From: Candidatus Poribacteria bacterium | GTDB taxonomy: Bacteria; Poribacteria; WGA-4E; JAJDTR01 | DNA length: 64,000 nt | Assembly: GCA_965222225.1 (NCBI GenBank) | Contig: CBDCTK010000002.1 | Span: 2,496,001-2,560,000, forward strand | Reading direction: 5' to 3' | The notes under the pieces: model-generated | Told to the model about the DNA's origin: nothing | The model's input: the letters and a program-made list of their open reading frames with translations, nothing else | The model's database searches: none | Position numbers and translations under genes: made by a program | In this document: in pieces, positions 1 to 8,903 of the stretch | How positions within the stretch are numbered: the first letter of the stretch is position 1 | How the letters are laid out: each line of letters starts with the position of its first letter

Positions 1-1747
1 TTGGAAAACGATGCTCGCCAGCAATGTCCGAGCGTTCACACCGGAGTACCACATCAAAACCAAAGGGCTCTCCCGCGTCAGACGCGTTTTCTACAGGACA
101 ACACCAGAGGCTGCGCACTGCGGAGCCAGACAACCACTTATTGCTCCAGTCCGCCAGGTGCAAAACGCGACCCTCGCGGCCATAGGAGAGATTGTAAAGG
201 TCGGTGCGGAAAATAGAACCATTCCCATAGTAATCGTCCCAGCCCTCCATCCGACTGAAGCCGCCCAGATCACATTGCGTCAAGTCTAACACAAAGTCGG
301 AGCGATGGTATTTCCGCGGCGGCGGAAGATGCCGGGCGTCCGATTTACTTAGCGAATCCACATCGGCAATCTCAACGCACGCTTCCTTCGATGACTCATA
401 AAAGATGCGCTCCGTGTACGTCGTGAGCTCCGCGTGCCTGTCGGTGGCTCGCACTCGCCAATAGATGCGGTCTTCTATCCGGACCGGTAGGGTAAGAAAG
501 GTTTCCTTTGTTCGGTAAACCCCAATATCGCTCGACGTTGGCTCGTTTCCCACTTCCACAATGTAATCGCGAAAGTCGCCATCCGGATCGTAACTGCCGC
601 TCCACTCCAAAACCGGACGGCCTTCCTCCCAGAACCGGACGGGCAATGTGACCGGAATACTCGGCGGAAACTCCATAGGGGCGCCATAGAAACAACTGGC
701 ATAACCCATCTGCGTAGAGCCTGATGTACAAATGTCCCCGGTACAGCGAGTCCCGCCCGCCGCTAAGACCCATTCCCCACTGACTTCTTGCCAACTGGGA
801 TAGCAATCCAGCAGATAGAAGTTCGGGTACTGGTATATCCACTCCAGTTCGGGGATTTCGCCGTCATCTGTCAGCGGAATACATCCCGCCTTCCAGCCGT
901 CCAGGTCTACAAAATACCAACGACCGTCAATTTCGATTTTTGCCGCGCAGTGACACGAAGGCGGCGGGTAACTGACAAGTTCCAGGCCCGCGCGCCGAAA
1001 CAAGGATTTTCCGATGAAGCTGTTGATTTGCCCGCATCTACCCATGTGCATCTCCAAGGCAAGGACAGCCGCCCGGTCATAGTCGCCGTTCCAATAATCC
1101 CGCCCGGCCTCCTGTTCCGCGTCACTGAGAGGCGGTAGGTAAAGCGGATGATGCACGACCGCTGTGCCCAAGAATGTCCATAGCGCCACAACCTTTTGCA
1201 TCGGCGTCATCTCAGGTCGAGTGACGGTCCGCACAATATGTTCGAGATAAGAACGAAGGCAAGTGTCTCCCAGCAGGCGGTTAACCGGCTCGGGGGATTG
1301 TTCGGTCTGACTCCTGTGTGCAAAGATCTTCGGGTCGCCTGGATGATGACGTAGCCACGGGTCTAACAGCGAGAAACGATAACCATAGGGGTAACGAACT
1401 AAGGTTCGAAATGAGAGGGTTGGCGAATGCCATGGTTCGCCTTGCCGTGGCCACACCGTCAGCCGGCCAAAATAGTTCTGCCCGCGTGGTGCCAGTCCGT
1501 CTATGACGACTTGCCAATCATCTCCCGTGTGCTCTACCGGAACGATACTCCCAAATTCGGATGTCTGACCCCACTCCCATTCAGCCCGGATGATTGATGC
1601 GGTGTTCCAGGACAGACGAAGAGTGTTGGCTTGTGTTTCGACCGAAGGCGGCTGTTGGACACAAGCCTGAACATCTCCAATGGCGAGAGACCAATGCCAG
1701 GAACGTTCTGTAGCAGTTGCACGGATATCTTCGGCGACAGGATACAT
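1..1747 (-). CDS. Transglutaminase-like (Cys-His-Asp) domain protein with Fn3-like segments; partial, runs off window start
   Basis: Manual translation: ATG at 1747 after GGAAAGGAA, open to the window edge (about 582 codons). Motifs MGRCGQINS...AGL...CHCAAKIEIDGRWYFVDLD, then LEWSGSYDPDGD...YIVEV...IYWRVRATD. Not in the ORF track because no stop lies in the window. Confidence 0.75.
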   Translation of the reverse strand, partial: MYPVAEDIRATATERSWHWSLAIGDVQACVQQPPSVETQANTLRLSWNTASIIRAEWEWGQTSEFGSIVPVEHTGDDWQVVIDGLAPRGQNYFGRLTVWPRQGEPWHSPTLSFRTLVRYPYGYRFSLLDPWLRHHPGDPKIFAHRSQTEQSPEPVNRLLGDTCLRSYLEHIVRTVTRPEMTPMQKVVALWTFLGTAVVHHPLYLPPLSDAEQEAGRDYWNGDYDRAAVLALEMHMGRCGQINSFIGKSLFRRAGLELVSYPPPSCHCAAKIEIDGRWYFVDLDGWKAGCIPLTDDGEIPELEWIYQYPNFYLLDCYPSWQEVSGEWVLAAGGTRCTGDICTSGSTQMGYASCFYGAPMEFPPSIPVTLPVRFWEEGRPVLEWSGSYDPDGDFRDYIVEVGNEPTSSDIGVYRTKETFLTLPVRIEDRIYWRVRATDRHAELTTYTERIFYESSKEACVEIADVDSLSKSDARHLPPPRKYHRSDFVLDLTQCDLGGFSRMEGWDDYYGNGSIFRTDLYNLSYGREGRVLHLADWSNKWLSGSAVRSLWCCPVENASDAGEPFGFDVVLRCERSDIAGEHRFP

Positions 1748-1822
1748 GCGTTGATTTCCTTTCCAAACTTTCCACCGGTCAAAATAAGCCTTTAGAAAGT
1801 TTTTGTGGTAGGGAAGGATTTA

Positions 1823-2000
1823 TACCATTTCGCTTGAACAATGGTGCATATGATGTCTTAATTGTATCGTTCACTTTCTCCGTAGGCGGGGCATCTTGCC
1901 CCGTCGACTTTGCGCGGAGACAAGGCTTCTTACTCCGCTCCACGCACGTTTCTTTACTTGATCCAGGTAATCAATGCACTTGCATTTTAGAGAAATGGTA
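1823..2000. mobile_element. MITE (TACCATTTC...GAAATGGTA termini), uninterrupted 178-bp copy containing a GTAG-type REP hairpin
   Basis: 9-bp terminal inverted repeat; homologous in reverse orientation to 16037-16206 and 34437-34702. Confidence 0.8.
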
Positions 2001-2031
2001 TTACAAGGCTCAACAGGGCTTGGTCAGCCAT

Positions 2032-2946
2032 TCAGCTTGGGGACGAGAGGATTCGGAATCGATTCGACGCAGCGGCTATCGTGGCGCCGGTCATTTCAAC
2101 ACCCAAGGCGTCCCCCATGGCTTGCAGGCGTTCGATGACAACAGCCAGTCGGGGACGCAGATGCCCTGGCCCCCACTCCTCGGAACTATAGTCATAAAGG
2201 TTGTGAGTGAACAGGCATAGGTGGGGCAGTAAGACACCCTCATCCAATTGTCGTGCAACCTCGTTCCGACAGACGTAGGTTATATAATCTTCGTCTGCGT
2301 CCTCAAAACGGATGTCGCCGACTCCCGTCCAGTGGCCTGTGGAGTTGTGGTCGCTTGTCAATGGTACTTCGACGAAATCCAAATTCCCCGGAGCCAACCG
2401 GTCGGCTCGATGAGCAAAGTGGATTTCGGGACACGCCCCAACCCAAGTGGCATGGTACCGCGGCAGCCTTCTCCCAGGCTGCGATACGGACCCCCATCGG
2501 AATCCCGCGGCCAGCATGGCTGAGTACGTGCTGTCATTAGCGGAGACGTTGCCAGGGCGTACTGCGAGAGGTTGTTGTCCGAGGATGGCAGCCCACTGCG
2601 CGCACGCCTCCCGCAACATCCGCTCCTGCTCCGACTGCGTGTAACCGCCCAAGTAACCATGACTGCCCGGTTGCAGATAGTTGTCACGCCAGGATTGTGG
2701 ATGCAAGTGAAGTCCCAATTCGACGCCCCAACCGGCCACTTCCAAAAGCACATCCCGGTTCTCTTCGGCGGCCTCCGGCGTAATGAACAGCGTGGCTGGA
2801 AACCCGTGCCTACGCAATAGGTCACAATACCCCAGGATAGCCTGACAGCTCGTCTCCAAATTGTCTGGGCCTCCTGTTGGTGACTTTTCCGCCAACCGTT
2901 CCACGTCCATCGTAAAACAAACCTGCACTGCGGGGACACTTCTCAT
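2032..2946 (-). CDS. Polysaccharide deacetylase (NodB-like) family protein
   Basis: FTMDVE, ATLFIT, ELGLHLH and RPG motifs. Confidence 0.75.
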   Translation of the reverse strand: MRSVPAVQVCFTMDVERLAEKSPTGGPDNLETSCQAILGYCDLLRRHGFPATLFITPEAAEENRDVLLEVAGWGVELGLHLHPQSWRDNYLQPGSHGYLGGYTQSEQERMLREACAQWAAILGQQPLAVRPGNVSANDSTYSAMLAAGFRWGSVSQPGRRLPRYHATWVGACPEIHFAHRADRLAPGNLDFVEVPLTSDHNSTGHWTGVGDIRFEDADEDYITYVCRNEVARQLDEGVLLPHLCLFTHNLYDYSSEEWGPGHLRPRLAVVIERLQAMGDALGVEMTGATIAAASNRFRILSSPS

Positions 2947-2988
2947 TTGGAACTATCTCCTTGACCACCTTCCTCTCAGGCGTACTGT

Positions 2989-3014
2989 TCGGTGCGGTTG
3001 GAAACCGAACCTAC
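2989..3014. repeat. REP-like palindrome (GGTGCGGTTGGAAACCGAACCTAC)
   Basis: GTAG-ended hairpin; related copy at about 37389-37415. Confidence 0.6.
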
Positions 3015-3032
3015 CAGGGTTGGTTATCAATT

Positions 3033-5510
3033 TTACTTCACAATCACCATCCGCCGCGATGGCGCATAATCACCCGCCCGGAATTGATAAATATAAATCC
3101 CGCTCGCAACCGCTTCCCCGCGTTCGTTCCGTCCGTCCCAATACGCCGCCTTTCCACGCTCCGCGTAATACCCCGCCCGACCTGACTCCCGAGCGCCAAC
3201 CGGCGCACCAGCGTCCCCTTTGTGTCATAAATCGTAATCGCCACCTCCGCCTCACGCGCGAGATGATACGGTATCCACGTCTCCGGATTGAAGGGGTTCG
3301 GGTAATTCGGCAACAGCATCGTCTCTTTCGGCGTCAACGCCGCAAGCAACTGTTCAAGGAAGCGGATTCCCCGTTGAAAATTCGCATCGCCGACGCCTAA
3401 ACCCTGTGCGCCTGCAAGCCAGCTCGCGACATCTGCAGCGCTAATAATCGACGGGTCTGGGGAATATGCCGAAGGCGCAGCTCCGCCATCCCCAATCGCC
3501 CCGGCAACCTGAACAAGGTCAAACACATTCACCACCCCATCCCCGTTGACGTCCACCCCCTTTTTGTCCGTCCCAAACCCCTGCGCTACTGCCACCAAAT
3601 CCAAGATATTTACCACCCCATCCCCGTTCACATCCGCCGGATTCGCCGGTTTTACCCGAAGATACATCTCCCCGTCGAGATTCGGCAGCGCGTGCTCCGT
3701 CTTCACCAAACCGCTGGCAACACCCTGCGCCTCCTCCGGCAACGTGATGACCTGCGCCTCGCCGCTGTGATTGTACACCGCCCACCCGTTCGTGAATTCC
3801 CGAATATAAAGCCCATCTATATCTTGATACAGTTGCGACTTCTCGCCACTCGGCCGCCCCAAGTCCGCATCCCAAAAATCGTACCAGTAATGCGTCCACG
3901 GAGCTGCGGACGTCTCGTAGGGGATGGTGTAAACGACATACCCATCGGAGTGCGTAAGGCTCAAGGTTGTTACAACACGCATCCACCGAAGGTTGTTCGG
4001 ACTGTCGGGAGCTTCGGTTGGGATTGCCCAACCTTCTAGTCCGTTAATGCGGGGCTCCCGCAGGTTGTTGTCAAGCCATGCAAGAGAGCTCTCGACGCCA
4101 TTCAGCGATCTTTCAAGTCTAGCTCCTGTTTTTGTAGTGGGGAAGCCGCTTTCCATGAAGCCGCCGTTGATGTAGGGCCCCGTAATCGGTTGAATATGGA
4201 CATTTGTGTTCCCCATAATGAGAAAATCCGGGCGGGTGGCGGCGCGAATGCGTTGTACAATGCTTAGCCTAGCTTTCTGTTCGGCTTCTAATCCCCGAAA
4301 TATCTGATAATTGCCGTCGGCGTCATAGTCTGCAAGAATGAGAAGTTCATCTTGCCAATAATCGAAAAGGATGCCGTCGTACAAACCGCACTTTGACACG
4401 GCGATAGCTTGTTGTACGATTCGATCTTGTATGACCGGATGTGTGAAGTCGATTAAACCGGAATCTCTTGATGGATCCTCCGCTTTGAGGCGGAATATAT
4501 GTCCTTGAGCGTCGCGAATCCAATAGGGCCAATCAGGCGGATAATTCGCGAGGACGTCGGCTCTCATACGAATATCCATTAGAGTAATCATGTTGGGATT
4601 GATAGCGAGCATGCGGTCGCGTCTATCGATTGCCCTGTTAATGTTGCCCCTGATTTCGAAACCGTGAGGCCCTCAAAATGGAATAATCCGAACACTTTGA
4701 CGCTAAACCACAAATCATGGAGTGCTACATTTTCTACGCCTGTAAGGTCGGGCCGATTGCTAACGGGCGGCCAAGACGGACCGCTCCACCGTGCGAAGAT
4801 TGACGGATAATGCCGGTTTTCTAATCGCGGCTGAACCGGAAGCGGAGGCATCACGCATGTCTGATCGTAAACAAAATGAGAAAGCGCGAGCGCGTCAAGC
4901 GGGCTAAAATCGACTATTTCGTTGTCATTGATTTCGAGGAATTCAAGCCGGGACAACCTCGATAAAGGAGAGACATCGCTAATTTTGTTGACATTGAGCC
5001 GCAGTTCAACAAGGTTTTTCAGATTCGCCAACGGAGTGATATCGACAATTTTATTTATTCGAGCGTTGAGGAAACTTAACTTGGTGAGGTGGGAGAGCGG
5101 GCTAATATCGACTATATCGCAACCGGCGATGTCGAGGCTTCGTAGGTTTGTGAGATTGGCTAAAGGGGTAATGTCAACACCAGGCAGCCCCCACATGCCC
5201 AAGTCTTTCAATTGTGTTAAGCCGGCTACAGGACTAAGGTCTACTATCGGGTTGGCGTCAATATAAAGTGTCTCCAGATTGCTTGCGAATTCCAAGCCTG
5301 TTAGATTGCGGATGTCCTGATGATGAACGGTAAGCTTTGTCAGCCGTTTCATGTCCGCTTCGGTGATGGGCGCGCCATGCGGGACACCCAACGCATCGGC
5401 GATGGCGGAACGGAGGTTGGGGTCGGGAATATCGACCGTTTGGGCGAATGCGGCACTGGACAGCGCGATGTAGAGAAAAAATTGAGCGTAAGTTTCTGTC
5501 GGAAATTCAT
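3033..5510 (-). CDS. Secreted leucine-rich-repeat protein with putative glycoside-hydrolase-like domain, dockerin-like repeats and C-terminal FlgD/T9SS-like domain (frameshifted; ORFs 4588-5553 plus 3044-4612)
   Basis: Signal peptide ending SSAAFAQ, VDIPDPNLR cap, internalin-type LRRs, DVNGDGVVNILDLV x2, LLPNYPNPFNPETWIPY. True C-terminus GDYAPSRRMVIVK* lies in another frame. Apparent indels near 5481, about 4650 and about 3185. Confidence 0.75.
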
Positions 5511-5548
5511 CGCTTTTTCCCCTAAATCCGCGTAATCTGTTTAATCCG

Positions 5549-5621
5549 ATCAACCGACTGAATAAGGAGTAAGATTTCCTATCGCCTTTCCTATTCGGTC
5601 AGTTGATCGATAGAGATCCCC
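5549..5621 (-). mobile_element. 37-nt micro-element, self-nested 73-nt composite
   Basis: Outer unit split after CTATCG by an inverted inner unit at 5571-5607. Confidence 0.8.
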
Positions 5622-5827
5622 CTGTTTCTATCAGAATTGATTCGCCACAAACACCGATATCTTATGGCGGGTTGGCAGCGGTCAGCTTTTCATAATTCAC
5701 ACAAGACCTCATCGGGTTCTGGCGACTGTTAGAGATGCCGGTCAATTTGAAATCTTTGTCCTATCGTCCCATAGCTTCATGGGCCAATTTTCCGGGAGAC
5801 GGTTATTGAATCACGGCCAATCGTCGT

Positions 5828-7117
5828 TTAAGTAAGTAATTCCTCGTGATGCCGCACAACTTTGTTTATCGCATCAATGACCATATCGGCATATCCGGGT
5901 GGCGGATCGATAAACACAGGCATTCCGACAATTCGAGGGTGCACCTCCTCGGTAACGGGTAGACTGCCTTCCGGATAACCCGGGTAGTCGCCGCTCAACG
6001 GACCTCTTCCACTCCCATACAGGTCGAAGCCTTCAGCAAAGAGTTTCAAACGATGCGTCAGTGGATAGGCGCGCCACAGCGTTATAATACCCTCCGCACT
6101 CAGCGCTGCGTCGAAACTATTGACATCCAGTCCATTGAGTTCCTCAGGGTTATAGATAAAAGGAAAACCGCCATAGAAGCCCGCCGGACGAGATTGTGGA
6201 TAATTCCTAATAGGATGCAACCCCGGAAGGCCTCGCACACCGTTGTAGATTTTGTCTCGGTAAGCCAGTTTCTTTGCATTGCGTTCATCCAGACTATCCA
6301 TCATCGCCAAGCCCACAGCGGCTGCCCACGCATGCATCCGGAACTTCAACCCTAACATTAACGGTATTAATAGCTTTATCTCCGGGTCTTCGATTTCTTC
6401 CGCCAGCCCCGCGCGGTTGAGATGACAGAAGAGCAGAATCCGCTCGTAGTACGTGCGGTTGTTAGTCACGATCAAACCGCCTTCGCCGCCGGGGATGGGC
6501 TTGCCGTTTATTGGATCTCCCTGCATCGAAAAGCACCCGATATCCCCTTGCGTCCCAAGTTTCCGGCCCTCCCACTCCGCGCCATGGCAATGGCTGCAAT
6601 CTTCAATCACCGGCAAGCTGTGCTTGCGGGCAATCCCCAAAATTTCATCCATGTTGCAAGGGTTGCCGTATAAGTGAACGATACTAATCGCACGGGTGCG
6701 GGGTGTGATTTTTTTCTCCATGTCCACCGGATCGATGAGGAGCGTGTCCGGCTCAATTTCACAGAAGACGGGACGCGCTCCCATCCAAATCACAGGCGAG
6801 ATGGAGCAAATCCACGTATACCCCGGATGAATCACCTCATCACCGGGCCCGACACCCGCCGCATAATATGCGGCCCAGAGGGTAGATGTTCCGTTGTGCT
6901 GGCTCAGGCAATACCTTGTCCCCAGGTATTCACGGAATCGAGTTTCTAAATCACCGGGCAATCCACTGTCTGTCTGCGAATATATGCCCGTATCAATCAT
7001 TTGACATACCATTCGCCTAATCTTTTCCGTTGGTGGAGACCAGTTCTCCTGGCTCGGGATGGTCACTGCCTTAGGTCCACCAAGAATGGCAAGGTGAGAT
7101 TTTGTATCGGTTCCCAT
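5828..7117 (-). CDS. DegT/DnrJ/EryC1/StrS family PLP-dependent aminotransferase
   Basis: NGTSTL, GVGPGDEVI, VHLYG, IEDCSH, CFS...K.IPGGEGG. Confidence 0.9.
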   Translation of the reverse strand: MGTDTKSHLAILGGPKAVTIPSQENWSPPTEKIRRMVCQMIDTGIYSQTDSGLPGDLETRFREYLGTRYCLSQHNGTSTLWAAYYAAGVGPGDEVIHPGYTWICSISPVIWMGARPVFCEIEPDTLLIDPVDMEKKITPRTRAISIVHLYGNPCNMDEILGIARKHSLPVIEDCSHCHGAEWEGRKLGTQGDIGCFSMQGDPINGKPIPGGEGGLIVTNNRTYYERILLFCHLNRAGLAEEIEDPEIKLLIPLMLGLKFRMHAWAAAVGLAMMDSLDERNAKKLAYRDKIYNGVRGLPGLHPIRNYPQSRPAGFYGGFPFIYNPEELNGLDVNSFDAALSAEGIITLWRAYPLTHRLKLFAEGFDLYGSGRGPLSGDYPGYPEGSLPVTEEVHPRIVGMPVFIDPPPGYADMVIDAINKVVRHHEELLT

Positions 7118-7434
7118 GTTATTTTGCCGTCACCCTTTTTGAAGTGTCAGTTTCTCCGTTCCGCGCGTATCTTAAACGAAAAATCGATCAGTGTCAATGA
7201 CAACCGCCACCACTGACCGTATTGGGAAAGCCGGCGAAAGTAGCAGTGATGAGAAACAAGCGAATAGCCCAACACAATTACATCTCAGTTTTTGGATATT
7301 CTTCCTTGGTAAGGATTTGATGACCGGCGCCGTTTCGCAATGAAAATCAACAGACGCGCGGCCCCATTTTGGGTTAAGGCCGCGCTCAGAATGCCCACCA
7401 AAACAAGACAAATCCAACAATCAGGAAGCATCTA

Positions 7435-8439
7435 CTACATTCCCAGAAACAGATCGCGTCCTTTAACAAGACTCTCCAATTTCCCAAGTGCGACACTACG
7501 GGGCAGCATCCACAAACCGCAGTCGGGGACAACGTGTAACCGATCCACGCCAATAATACTCGCACCGGTCTCTATCCGTTTGGCGACCAGTTCCGGCGAT
7601 TCGATTTGCAAATCTTTGATGTCAATCACGCCCAATCCGATCTCGATTCGAGAGTCGTATTTCGCAAAGTGCTTGAGTTCATCATAGCCGCGTCGAGCAA
7701 ATTCGAGCACAAACGCATCCACTCCGACTTCCAATAGCTTCGGGAGCAACGCTTCATAATTCCCCTTTTGGACGGTCTGTCCGCCGTAGTTGCCCAAACA
7801 GATGTGAACGCCGGATCTGCCAGGGATGCCTGCGGCGACAACGTTGATTGCCTCAATCGCCCACTCGATGTCTTGCGGATGCCCGACGATTGACGCCTCA
7901 TCAATCTGAAGAAAGTCCGCATGAATGTCTCTTACCTGCTCACTCAGCACTTTGGCAATCGCCATCGCCAACGATCGAAGATTGGGGTAGTAATCATTAA
8001 TCAACACTCGTGATAACATGTGAGGGCCTGTAAACGTGAACTTGAGCGGTTGTTTCGTTAATTGCCGTGACCCCTCAAATTCACCACGCAAATCTAGCCG
8101 CCCGTGATCAATCTCTCCCACCACAACGCCCGCAGGCTCGTCGCGATATGCCAGGTCCGCATCGTTGCGCATCCGCTCGATTAGCGAACGCGGAAATTCT
8201 GTCGAAATCCCTGCAAGCCGTTGGGCGTAGTGATCAATCATCCCGTTCGTCTTCTCGTGACAGTACAGGGAACGGAAGATCTCGCCGTCGGAGATTAGGT
8301 CTAAACCGATATTTTCTTGATCCTTGATTGTTGCCTTAATTGCGTCGAGGATAGCTTCCTGGCTTGCAGTCTGAGTCAACCACCTCGGCAACGGAAAGCT
8401 CCCGACAACGCTTGTTTCAATGCGTCTTTGGTTTGACAT
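7435..8439 (-). CDS. Cobalamin-independent methionine synthase II family protein (single-barrel MetE-like)
   Basis: VVGSFP, ISDGE, QIDE, HICLGN, LEFA and PDCG zinc-binding motifs. Confidence 0.85.
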   Translation of the reverse strand: MSNQRRIETSVVGSFPLPRWLTQTASQEAILDAIKATIKDQENIGLDLISDGEIFRSLYCHEKTNGMIDHYAQRLAGISTEFPRSLIERMRNDADLAYRDEPAGVVVGEIDHGRLDLRGEFEGSRQLTKQPLKFTFTGPHMLSRVLINDYYPNLRSLAMAIAKVLSEQVRDIHADFLQIDEASIVGHPQDIEWAIEAINVVAAGIPGRSGVHICLGNYGGQTVQKGNYEALLPKLLEVGVDAFVLEFARRGYDELKHFAKYDSRIEIGLGVIDIKDLQIESPELVAKRIETGASIIGVDRLHVVPDCGLWMLPRSVALGKLESLVKGRDLFLGM

Positions 8440-8625
8440 TTTCAGCGCGTGTCCTCAATAACGTACCTTTTGTAAATGGGTAACTGTTTAGTATAATGAT
8501 TTCTAGCGAGAATGAGTGGCAATTACTTATGATATAAGGGGTGAATGGCTTAACTAATGTTTGCCTAATTTTTGCCAAGACACACCTAGTGCCATTAGCT
8601 ACTGTACCATTTATTGTAGATATTT

Positions 8626-8818
8626 ACATTCCGCTCCGCCGGAGCGGAAAAGATAGACGTTTCTTGGCTACAGACATAGCACTCCGCTGGAGTGCAAGAC
8701 ATAACCAACCCATAGCTACAGAGGTATAACGCTGCTGCAAGAGTCTCGCTCCAGCGGAGCGACATGTCTGTAGAAAGCGGATGTATGACCGTCTTGTGCT
8801 CCAGCGGAGCACTATGTT
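8626..8818. repeat. Cluster of four REP-like palindromes (GCTCCGCTGGAGC core; CTACAGACAT/ATGTCTGTAG flanks) in two inverted pairs
   Basis: ccgctccgccggagcgg, gcactccgctggagtgc, cgctccagcggagcg, gtgctccagcggagcac. Confidence 0.75.
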
Positions 8819-8903
8819 AGGCAGTCTTAACCATGCGAGGGTTGACTGCTACCACTAAACACTTTCGTAAATGGTAGTATTCCTTTTCTACTTCCACGAA
8901 AAC

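Noticed and set aside
1717-2220. Many short overlapping or antisense ORFs from the track (e.g. 1717-2220, 10554-11345, 37869-38191, 60125-60502)
   Set aside because: Shadow frames of real genes or read-throughs of repeats; no recognisable motifs.
8626-8818. Repeat cluster as a mini-CRISPR
   Set aside because: Units are in inverted pairs with variable sequence; this is typical REP/BIME organisation.
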